Source of the DNA: Camelus ferus
Lineage: Eukaryota
NCBI RefSeq assembly: GCF_009834535.1
Contig: NC_045697.1
Location: forward strand, 35,962,001-36,026,000
Reading direction: 5' to 3'
DNA length: 64,000 bases
In this document: piece by piece, positions 10,562 through 20,615 of the stretch
Layout: each line of letters starts with the position of its first letter
Numbering within the stretch: position 1 is the stretch's first letter
The notes under the pieces: generated by a model
The model's database searches: none
Seen by the model: only the letters and a program-made list of their open reading frames with translations
Told to the model about the DNA's origin: nothing
Position numbers and translations under genes: made by a program

Positions 10562-12096
10562 TTTCCCTGCTTGTAACTTGTCACGAAGTTTCACAGGCAA
10601 GGAGCTGGGGAGACTGCTGTGGGGAGACCTGGCTTAGAAGTTGGGAGGTAAGAGATCTGTGAACAAAAACACAGATAACGAGGATAAAGGAGTATAAAAG
10701 AACAAATCCCAACACATAGCCCCATCTCTCCCTGCACCAGCCTTCATTCTCAAGAATAGGTCCCTCCAAATAAACCATGCTTCACTCATTCAACCTAGAT
10801 TGTTGACATGTTCTTTCAAACAGTTCAGGTGATACTGTGTCTTTTCCTGAATTATTCACATACAAGCAGCATCGTATGCCAATGACGGCACACTGTGTTC
10901 CTTGTTGGGCAGCCCACATAGCCAGGAGACGATGTTGGAGCACAGATGTGAAACGGCCGACCCAATTGGTGTGCTTTCGAGGTCTGCAGGGTGGCAGTGA
11001 ATACTTGTTTCATTACTTTGGAAATGTTCAGAATTGCTTCTTCTAGGTCAGAAGTCCTCAAATTTGGAAAGAGTGTCTTTATTGAATTAGAATTGTAATG
11101 CATGGGCAGATTGCCTATGATGTCTTATTGGGTGCATCTATGTGGAGCCCAGGTTTGTAGCATTTAATGTGGGGTACCTGGTGGGGGAAGGTGTCAGGTA
11201 TCCAAGTCCACATCGCCCTGACCATTTAGGTGGGAACTCTTTATATATCTTATTGCCACATAAACAGACCAGAGACAAGGTAACAGACAAGGGCAGAGTG
11301 GAGACTGTGACTTGCCAGGTTGGAGTTCAGTGGCCGTGGTGGCCTTTGTCATTGGTTCTGTTGGCATCTGTACATCTCAGTTTCCCACGTGCCTCTGTCA
11401 GGCTGTAAGAGCAAAATAGGTTGCGAAGACCAGCAGTCTGCTTTGGCAGCTATCAAGATAGGCATTGTTCCCAGACCAGGTCATGCCAGAATTTTGGTCT
11501 ACACATGTGTAGCCTTGGGTATCGGGCAGACCAACCAGGGGAACAGCTGAGCTATTCCAGGTCACATCTGGGTGGCGTGCAAACCAGGAATACTGTCCAG
11601 TGCCTAGGCAAACATCTGTATTATTATAATCAGCCTTGGACTCATTTATAACATCTGTGGAGGGTTTGAAGGTGCCATCTGTGGAATCAAACCAGTGTTT
11701 GATTACAGTATTGTTTTGGTATGTTGCCTAGGAGGGGTCCAGTGCCGTTTCTATTTTCAATGCAAAGAGAAAAATTCCCCTCCAGCAGCCTCACCTGCGT
11801 GAAGGATAGACCTTGAGCTTCCATGGGAGTGCCCCAGTGCCAAACCACCCTGCCATATATAGGAGGCAGGGTGCCTTTCCTACAGCCACTGTCCGGAATG
11901 GGTTTACCAGGTGCTTGCACTGGCATGAATGAAAACTAGTTTGGGTTTGTGTGTGTTGTTTAGATGCTGACATAACCAGCAATCAGACTGATGAGTTAAG
12001 GTGGCCAGGGTTTGGAAGATTGGTGGGGGCTGAGCTAAAATTGTTGAGAAAGCAGAAAAAGTTGGCTAGAACAACACAATTTGAAAGGGAGCCCAT
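10519..12096 (-). pseudogene. ERVMER34-1: HEMO / ERVMER34-1-like endogenous retroviral envelope gene, disabled by stops and frameshifts
   Basis: Minus-strand translation across frames gives MGSLSN (ATG at 12096), LTHQSDCWLCQHL (CWLC at 11970-11981), WHWGTPMEAQGLSFTQVRLLEGNFSLCIENRNGTGPLLGNIPKQYCNQ, WFDSTDGTF, TWNSSAVPLVGLP, LRNLFCSYS, FPPKWSGRCGLGYL, PHRCTQ*D, LFPNLRTSDLEEAILNISK, CAVIGIRCCLYVNNSG (CX6CC at 10866-10892), WGYVLGFVLLYSFILVICVFV (TM) and SPQQSPQLLACETS*QVTSREMKGLT. These are colinear with human HEMO as recalled. In-frame stops at about 11904, 11880, 11327, 11125 and 10581; frameshifts near 12066, 11870, 11695, 11435, 11150 and 10960. Confidence 0.95.
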
Positions 12097-12399
12097 AGTG
12101 AAGGAGCAGAGGGAGGGCTGGTGAAGGCAAGCAACCTCCAGCTAATCTTTCTATAATTGTAACAGGAGGGGTTCTGTTTAAATTTCTAGGTTCAGAGACT
12201 TTTCCAGGTCAGGGAGAGGAAAGGTTTCTAGGGGACATAAATGGAGACAAAATTCCTGATGTGAGATCTTGGGTAAAGCTGTCTGTTTCATGGCATCGCC
12301 TGCTTCTGGAGCCTGAGTAAGCACTGAAAATCCTCAATTTGAGGTCACTGATAGGGATGGGTTTCTAATTGTCCTGGGGGGTGATGATCTGGATCTAGC

Positions 12400-12650
12400 T
12401 TGGTGTCTCCTGTGAATCCAAGAGGACTTTTATTCTAATGAGAGTGTAGATGTAAGTTAGTGGTCCTTCCTAAGGCCTCTCCCAGAGAGGTGGCACTGTA
12501 TGTTTTCTTCGAAAAATGTTGACGTATACTCATCTCCTGGAAGAAAGGGATGGTAAGGCCTGTCAGTGAAGACCATGCTTCAGTGACAAATATTAACACT
12601 GGTACCATCAATGCCAAGGTTAGATTTGAATTCATCACTTGTGCTCTGAG
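12400..12650 (-). mobile_element. ERV1 pol remnant (integrase C-terminal region) upstream of env
   Basis: Minus strand encodes HPFLPGD (12532-12552), a PLWE.P-like motif and SWIH (12412-12423), matching the gammaretroviral integrase C-terminal pattern HPFxPGD...WxGP...WIH, in the expected position just 5' of env. Confidence 0.8.
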
Positions 12651-13093
12651 CTGTGTAAAAATGTCACAAAGGTGCTTAAAATGAAAGGAAATTTTCTTCT
12701 GGTTCAGCTGTGACTCCAGACAGGATCCAAAGAGGAGTTCTACAATCTCTTCTCTGGGTTTTATGGAGACTTACTTTACCCTTCTGTGTTAGCCTCTTAA
12801 GGCACTGCGTCAGCCTTAAAAGGGCAGAGGAAAGGGCGATCTGGGTTTTTCACAAGGTTCTCTACGATTTCCTGAACTCCTCTCCCGTCAGTACACCTGG
12901 AGCTCAGCAGTTCCTTTAAAGAGTCCAAAAACCCACTAGAAGCAGCTGTTCTGCTTGTGAACATCCGTTTCCTTTGTTAAAGGAGAGCCGGATTCCGGCC
13001 TTTGCTCCAAGCACGTGCCTAGAAACGCTCTGGTGGCCATTGGCCACGTACTCGGGACCGAGTCATTTCACGTCACTCAAGGACGGACATACC
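12651..13093 (-). other. Candidate splice signals for non-coding 5' exons of the HEMO-like transcript
   Basis: Minus strand: donor CAG|GTATGT (exon end 13093); acceptor ...GGACTCTTTAAAG|G (exon start 12913); donor AAA|GTAAGT (exon end 12775); acceptors TTTCCTTTCATTTTAAG (AG at 12675-12676) and TTTTTACACAG (AG at 12651-12652). Motifs only, no transcript evidence. Confidence 0.5.
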
Positions 13094-14000
13094 TGCGCTT
13101 AGAACTCAGGCCGCTGCACCGCAGACGTCGGAGACAAATTCCCAGGCCCAGAGTGGGTCCGAGACCCGCTCTTACTGCCGCAGCCGGGGTCGGGCCCCGA
13201 ACCCGCTACAAAGTAGCGGCGGCTGCGCCCTGGGGAAGCAAAGCACAAACTTGTTACCGCGCGGGTCCTGCTCTCCGGGAAGCCTCCGAGCGGCTCCGAG
13301 CAGCGTGTGTGCCTCGCGCAGCTCCGGGACGAGCACAATCGCCCGCCCCACCCGGGCCGCCGAGGGCTGCTCTACCCCTGCGTTCTGGCCGCCGGGAGCA
13401 GCGGAGCTCCGGGCGGGCAAAGCTCGAAGGCATCCAGCCTTACTCGGGCCCCTCAGACCCGTCAGGGGCCCACCCCGCCGGGAGAGACAGAGAGAGCCGA
13501 AATCGGAGTAACACTCATAGCCCAACTCGCTGGGACAAAGAGACCCCGGCCCGCAGAGACCGGGCAGGCGGGGTGGGACCGGGAGGATGGCAGCGGGGCG
13601 GGCAGCCAATCCCAGGGAAGGTTGGGGAGGGGCGGGGCAGGAGGAGGGCTTCGGGGCGGGGCTGGAGGTGGGCGGGGGGCAGACAGCCAATCCCCAGGAA
13701 GTTTGGGGCAGGGCGGGGAGGGGCGGGGAGGGGCGGGGAGGGGCGGGCCCCTTCTGACTTGCTGCGGCGGGAGAACTAGCTGACCGTACCTGGAGCCTCA
13801 GGGTGTCAGCGCGGGAACCGGATTTATCTGGTGCCTCCCCAGGCCTTGACTCCTGTGGATGTGGTTCTCCCAGGCCAACGCTCCTTCCACGGCTCTCCTA
13901 GCGAGGCCATAGCCCTTATCCTCTCCTCAGGCCAGCGCCTGGCCCAGGGCTCCAGGTCACACAGCCCCCTAGAACGCTGAGCGGCTCTTGCCTGGGCCAC
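12960..14000. promoter_or_regulatory. CpG island promoter upstream of the HEMO-like gene
   Basis: Very GC- and CpG-dense from about 13010 to 13830 against a CpG-depleted background. Many GGGCGG/GGGGCGGGG boxes at 13567-13748 and CCAAT at 13606-13610 and 13687-13691; no obvious TATA box. Human HEMO is known to be driven by a non-LTR CpG-rich promoter. Confidence 0.9.
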
Positions 14001-15034
14001 ATTTTCATTCTTTTTGAGTGCCTACAATGTGCCGTGCACCTTTCTATTCCTCAAAAGACCGAAACAAAGGCCTTTAACATTCTAGTGCAAAACAAAAAAG
14101 TCAACATGTAAATATAAAATATCTTAATGATAAGTGATAAGGAGAAAAACCTGTACATTTATTAAAACGTAGAAAACTAAAGATAGAAAAGTCTTTTCTG
14201 TGAACAAATGTCCCTTCTGACACTAAGAAACAAAGAAGCAAAACTCATCATGACTGGGGTTATAGCGTTGGAAACTACATTTCACTGCAGAAATGACTAA
14301 ATATGATGACAGGCTCTTTACCAGGAGGGCTGTCTGAGTGGTGGCCTGCGCACCTGAGTAGGGTCTGTTTGGATTCATATTTGGTAATGCAGAGACCAAG
14401 ATGGACAAGGCCATCTCCCGGGGGTGCGTACACATGGTCTACAGTCCTGGTGGCAGTCACTAGTGAGAGGATACTCATGAAGGAGGCTATCTATCATGGG
14501 GATGGGACAGTGGTCTTCAAACAGGTTCCCAGCCCCTCGTCTCCCAGCCCCTGAATCAGTCTGCAGTCTGCTTTATCCTTCCTGGCCGTCTGCGCGCTGA
14601 GGGGACACTTCCCCCGAAGCAGCACCACTCTGGCTGCTCTGGTCTGGGCTCTGGTTGCACTGACCTCCTCAGCCCTCCCCGGGCCATTCTTTATTTTTTG
14701 TTTCCTGCCTCTTCGATGACTTTTTCTCTCTCTTTTACGCTTCAGTCTGGATCAAGAAATGGGTGTGACCACTACTCATATTGCCCTTTGCTAATGTTGA
14801 TTCACCACCCCATTTGTAACTAGGTTTATTTCATTGATACCTCTTCTCCTCCCTCTCCCTTTTAAATTAATTTTACATTTTCTTTCCCCCCAAGCAATTT
14901 TTACCTTCTAAAATACATATGTTTTCACAGTATAGTTGAATGAGGCCAGGGGTGCAGGGAACTCAGTGATTGTGAAATAAAGTGGAGAGAGAGAAATACT
15001 CAGTCTTTGGAAGCAATTGCCTCATGCTGGGATG

Positions 15035-15560
15035 TATTCGTTCATTTATAGAATCCATATGTATTGAGAACTACCATATACCAAGCACTGTGGTAGACCT
15101 GGAGGTAAATAGCTGGCAACAAAACATGAGCCTTGCCCTTGTGGAGCTTTTAGTCTAGTGGGTAAAACAGACATTAATACAAGAATCATATTTTTAAAAT
15201 GTGAAATTACCACTTAAAGGCTAAGATAGAGGCCAAAGACTCAGCTGTGAGGTTAAGAAAGGGATGATTAAGTAGAAAATTGAAGATGAATTTATGAGGC
15301 AAAGGAAAGGAACTTGGGGGTTTAGTTCCAGGTAGAGGGAAGAGCATGTGCAGAGTGTGAGCTCCAGGAAAGAGGTCAGTGCATTCATGAAAATACTGTG
15401 AGTTCTGCACAGAAAGCCAGGGGATGAGTGTGGAAAGAGATTCAGGACGTGGTATGATACATACTGGGCTGGTGGGTAGGGGGCTAGTGTGGGTTACCGG
15501 GAGATGCTGGGTGGCTGCCAGAACATCCCAGACCTTGCAGACCATGTAAAAATTGCCCAT
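15035..15560 (-). mobile_element. L2 3' fragment
   Basis: TTCGTTCATT...TATTGAGAACTACCATATACCAAGCACTGTG...TGCCCTTGTGGAGCTTTTAGTCTAGTGGG. Confidence 0.8.
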
Positions 15561-15589
15561 ACATGGTACTTATTAAAAATGTGCTGTAC

Positions 15590-15772
15590 TAGATTAACAA
15601 TGAGGACATATACTGCATAGCACAGGGAACTATATTCGATTTCTTATAATAAGATATAATGGAAAAGAAGCTGAAAAAAAATATATGTATATATACGTAT
15701 AACTGAATCACTTTGCTGTACACCTGAAACTAACATTATAAATCAACTACATTTCAATAAAAAATAAAAATA
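15590..15772 (+). mobile_element. Truncated artiodactyl-type L1 3' end
   Basis: TAGCACAGGGAACTATATT...TATAACTGAATCACTTTGCTGTACACCTGAAACTAAC with A-rich tail and degenerate TSD AAAAATGTGCTGTAC/AAAATTGTGTTGTAT. Confidence 0.85.
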
Positions 15773-17099
15773 AAAATTGTGTTGTATACATACATGTCAG
15801 TAAAAATTTGATGTTGGCAAGGTGTTCAGCCCAGCATGTTAAAGATAATAAGAGCTAGCTTTTATTGCACACTTAACTATGTGCTCTGAACTCCTTGAAC
15901 TGCTCTAACAGATTATCTTATTTAATCCTTTCAGCTACCTGCTGTGTACAGTAGGCACGATAAAGTTTCTCATTTTGCACCAGAGAATCCACATATTGCT
16001 GATGTTTTCTGAGAGCGGTTCTACTCCCAGTTGAACAGTTTAGATGGCTGGTGAACATATTAGGAATTGTAAGCACATCCAAACAGTGTAGCAGCTAGTG
16101 CGTCAAGTTCCTCCCCAACGCTTGTACACACACACAAACTCAGGGAAGGAAACTGAAATCAGCTGCAATGGCCAGATGGTGGACACAGGATGGCAGCATG
16201 GAATTCTCAATTTCTGTAACTTTGAAGGTGTTTTCCTTAAAAGTGCTTGTGGGATTTCAATTAGAACTCTGAAAAAAACCCCAGAATTATGTTGACAGCC
16301 ATATCAGAAGTTGCATGTTAACCAGCTGAACCTAAACAATAGTACTTGCTGTCCTGTAGCATTTGATGACATTGGATTTGAAATATGGCTTTTCCTTTAA
16401 AAAATTCTTTTAAATGATTTCATGTTATCCATTTTGCTTAGCAGTCAATGTACTCTATGAAAGTACTATATAAATTATACTTGGTTGGTCAATTAAACTA
16501 ATTAGTCTAAGATATTTATTTGAAAGTATGGCAAAAATGGACTGTTTAATTCAGTTAAAGCACATTGAGTGAAGAGACAGACTTGCGTCTTCTGTAGCAC
16601 AGTTTTAGAGAGACTGCTTCAGCTGAGTCCTGTTCTATATCAGAAATGGAGCACAAAGCCCTCCGGGTTCTATTTCTGGCTCTACTGCAGGCTTTGCTAT
16701 TATACCCAGAGCAAGATGGAACCTGTTACTTTTTTTCCATCAGCAAAATGTAGGCAATGCTTTTAGCCTTTTTCACAGAAGTGGCAGGATTAATGAGAGC
16801 TACAAGTGACCTTGACCTGTTTTGTAACTGCAAATGCATTTTTATTGTCATATTTTCATGAAAAATGAAAATCGGCTGATTTTTCTTCCTGATGAGTATG
16901 TATTAAGCTAAATTTTTAAAGTCTGGAATATGTCCTTTATCAGCTGCTCTTTAAAATTCCAGTTTCTAAATTTAAACAAAAAGAGAGTAAATCTTTCAAG
17001 TGATAATCAAAACAGTAGGAAGGCAGTGAAAGGTTTGCCTTGTAAATTGAGCTCCATTTGTTTTTTCAAAACTCTTATTTTTCTGGAAGGATGGTCTCA

Positions 17100-17530
17100 C
17101 TTCTATTCATGCACTTAATTGGGCAACAGGCCCTGATTGAGCACCGACTCTGTGTTGGGCTCGGGACTACGCGCCTGGGATACAAAGATGATCCAAACAT
17201 AGTCCTGGCTCTCCAAGAATTCATGGATGATGGCTGTACAGTAAGTGATGTGGTCGAGGTAGCACCAGGCACTGTGGAGTCAGAAATGAGACATCAAACC
17301 CAGCCCAGGGAGAGTTCTAGGAGGAAGGCATCCTTCCTCAGGTTGCCGTGTCCCAGAAAAGATGGAGGTGGATGACACGGAGGTGTAGGTGGAATTAAGA
17401 ATTTTGAACCAGACCCAGATCCAGACCAAAAGGCTTTGTGAAGCTAACCTTGTGCTCTATGAGGAATAGTGAGACACGGGATCTGGAGAGGAAGGAAAGG
17501 AAAGTTCTGCAGACATTACAGAAAATATCA
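17100..17530 (-). mobile_element. L2 fragment
   Basis: ATTGAGCACCGACTCTGTGTTGGGC...ATAGTCCTGGCTCTCCAAGAATT. Confidence 0.6.
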
Positions 17531-18259
17531 GGTGTTTAGACTTAGGGGCTTAGAAGCAGCGCTCACCCCCCTTTGTGATGGGACCGTCCTTGTTGGCACC
17601 TTTTAAAAATCAGAGTTAGAGAATCAGGGCAAAGGGATAAAAAAGGGTCCATTCACTAAAATTCACTTATAATAAATACATCAGGGAAAAATTGTGTGTG
17701 TGGTATTTTTACTGCTATTTTAGAGGAGGTTTATGGTTTCCCAACAAGGTTCATTTATTATAAGCATATGCTTGTATAGACACGTTGCGGAAGGAGCCTG
17801 ATTGACATTAATCCCTAAGGTGTTGATGGGGAGGTTTTTTTTGTTTGGTTGTCTTTGAAGTGAAGATCAGAGGTGATTCTTCCTCACCCACAAGACTTTG
17901 ATGTTTTCTTGCCCTCCTGCTCACAGCCAGGATATAAACACCAACAGACACTGGCAACATCCACAATCACTTTATGACTAGGTGAGAAATTTGTTAAGGA
18001 AAATATAATTTGTTACTGCTCAATGTGGCTTTGAAATGTCTCTGGGCACCCTGGAGGAAAGCTAGTTCCAGAACAGAAGCATTAACTTCCATTAACAAAC
18101 AAAGTCTATGTAAAAAAAAATGGTTTAACTGACTGCAAATGAATGTACCAAAATGGCAAAAAAAAAAAAAAAAAAAAAAAGAAAAGAAAAAGAAAAACCA
18201 AAGGACTTGCTTTAGTACAATTGGTGCAGGAGCATATCAGGATGTGAGTCTGATTGCTG

Positions 18260-18480
18260 GGAATGGTGGGCAGAGACTGAGGCTTTGGGGCTGGACATGC
18301 TCAGCTTGGAATGTTGGCTCTGTTATTTACAAGCTGTGTGCCCTCAAAGAAATTACATCTAATAACATCGCAGTTTCCTCAGTTTCCACAGAGGCAATAA
18401 TATTAGTGTTACGATCAACTGCAATGGCATAGTTAAGGTGCCTAATATATAAGTACATGCTCAAAATGGTAGATGTATTG
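18260..18480 (+). mobile_element. MIR
   Basis: GGCTCTGTTATTTACAAGCTGTGTG...CAGTTTCCTCA. Confidence 0.6.
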
Positions 18481-18720
18481 ATCTTGAGCAAAATAGTCAT
18501 TTCACAAAATATTAACTCTGAAGTCTCAAATGATATGACATGAATTTTAAATGTACTAAATGTCCCAAATGCCCTACCTTGCCCAGCTCTTCCTGGTGTG
18601 ATGTTGACTTATATGTTTCATCGTGGCCATGGAAGGCCAGATGCCAGACAGGACTTGTCAAAAGTATGAATGAAACCTGGTAGAAAACCTGAGGTCTAAT
18701 TTATTCACACATATAACTAC

Positions 18721-18824
18721 AATGACATCTATGATTTCTGGATATTTCTAGCTCTCTCTTACAAATATTATCAAAGACATCTATGATTTCTGTATATTTC
18801 TGGCTCTCTCTTACAAATATTATC
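18721..18824 (+). repeat. 52-bp tandem duplication (2 copies)
   Basis: 18721-18772 and 18773-18824 differ at 3 positions (core GACATCTATGATTTCTG.ATATTTCT.GCTCTCTCTTACAAATATTATC). Confidence 0.95.
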
Positions 18825-20615
18825 CTCTCCTTAATTTATAACCTGATATGCATGGAAGAAGGTAGACATAGTGCTTTAATCAACAGAATGATCCTCCAAT
18901 CTCTGATTGTCCTACTGGCCTTAAAAGCTTCAGGAGAAAAGAAAAGGAGATTGAAAAGGGAAGGAAACCCCTGCCTGGCCCATCAGAACAACAAAATTCA
19001 GCCATGTGTCCATCCATTACCACGTTTTAAGCAGAGGGCACACTGTTTAAGCAGACAACTACCCTCCTAGAGTTTGTAAGCTATGATTCACAGGGATGGC
19101 TGAATTCCTAGCCAGTTTTCCCTCACATCAGAGCAAAAGAAGAACACTCCATACCAAATAAATGCTTATTCTAGAAAATTTGGAAAATACACAAGTAAAT
19201 TAAGAAAATGATGATCATCTTTAATCTGTTTCCTAGAGCTCATCACCATGAACATTTTGGTGTATTTCCTTAAGGTCTTCTTGGTTTGTGTCTAACAACA
19301 GTGAAATAATGCAGTACATAATTTTGTGTCTTGTTTTATTGTTTAACATTATATCATAAGCAATTTCCTATGCTATTAAAATTCTTAAAAAATGACTTTC
19401 ATGTAGTTACTTGATGTTCCATTCTGTGGATCTATTAAATTAATTTTTGCTAAACATTTAGACCATTTATTCCTTATTTTTTGCTTTTAATTAATGCAAA
19501 AGTAACATCTTTAAACAAAAAGATTGTACCCAAATCTCCTTAGGGTTTTTCCTTAGACTTCTAGAAGTGTAATTTCTAGGTCAATGGACAGAAAAGTTTT
19601 GTGGCTTGTGCCAAATTGCTTTCCAGAATAGAAAAGATTCCATTCTAGAACACCTGGAAAAATTAAAAAAATACTTCAGCTCAATGTTTGATGTCATGCA
19701 TATCAATCACAGCGCCATAGCTGGCTGAACGAAGGTGTCTTCTTATAGGTCAATGTTTGGACACAAGCTTTTTAGATGATAGGTTTTGAGAGGATGACTC
19801 TGAATGAGCCATGCTGAAAACAATGGACCTTTTTTGGCTGTTTTTCTCTTTTCTTTCCCTTTTCTTACAGCTCACCTTCCTCATTTCTTTTCCTATTCAT
19901 TTTACTCAGAGCATTTCAAACCCTCCACTCCTACTCCATGACTCCACTTGTGCTGGTAACCCCTGGTAACAACCTGGTGTGTGTCCTTGCATGACTTTCC
20001 TCAGGCTCACATAATCAGACACACATGTATGCACACACAGTCACGCATGCACACATAGTCTTATTATTACATAGAAATGCTATCTCATTATATTCACTTC
20101 CACATAAAAGGAAGTAGTGTCTCTGGTGGTGAGTTGAGCCGTGGTTTTCTGGGAATCATTCCTAGAGGTCCAGCTTAGAGCCAGTTACTCTAGCTCTTTC
20201 CATAGTAACTCCAGCATTAAGTTCCTTTCTAATTAAAACAACTAGAGTGGTGCCTCTTTTCTGCACCTGAACACTGACCTTATTCAAATACTCTCCCCCC
20301 AAATCCCATGATTAATATATGTCATTGCTCTTTAAAATTCTTCCATTATGATGGGTATTAAGTGATATCTCTGTGTTGTGTAATTTTGGATATGAGTCTA
20401 AGCATATTTTTTCTTTCTTTATCTTTGCCATTGATGTGAATTTCATATTCATATCTTCTGCCTATTTTATTTTGGGTTGTCTCCCTTTTTCTTACCCATC
20501 TTTAAGAGATCTTAATGTATTTTAAATTGGAAGTCTTTGTCCTTATTAACAGTAATTCTCACCCTCAATCCCCAAATGTCTTGCTTTATAAATGGACTTT
20601 GTTTCCTGGATATAG

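Noticed and set aside
10519..12096. Intact or functional env (syncytin-like), or EnvV-type identity
   Set aside because: Multiple in-frame stops and frameshifts throughout, too many and varied for sequencing error. The motifs match HEMO (MGSLSN, MEAQGLSF, PHRCTQ), not EnvV or the syncytins.
13015..13783. Longest ORFs in the track (254 aa, 172 aa, 158 aa, overlapping)
   Set aside because: Arg/Gly/Pro/Ala-rich, open on both strands and in several frames, with non-ATG starts for the 254-aa and 158-aa ORFs; expected from stop-codon scarcity in a CpG island; no recognisable domain.
12680..16000. 5' LTR, primer-binding site or gag of the provirus
   Set aside because: No second copy of the 10096-10561 LTR and no convincing PBS, gag or RT motif found by eye.
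18721..18824. CRISPR-like repeat array
   Set aside because: Only two adjacent copies with no spacers, in a eukaryotic context.
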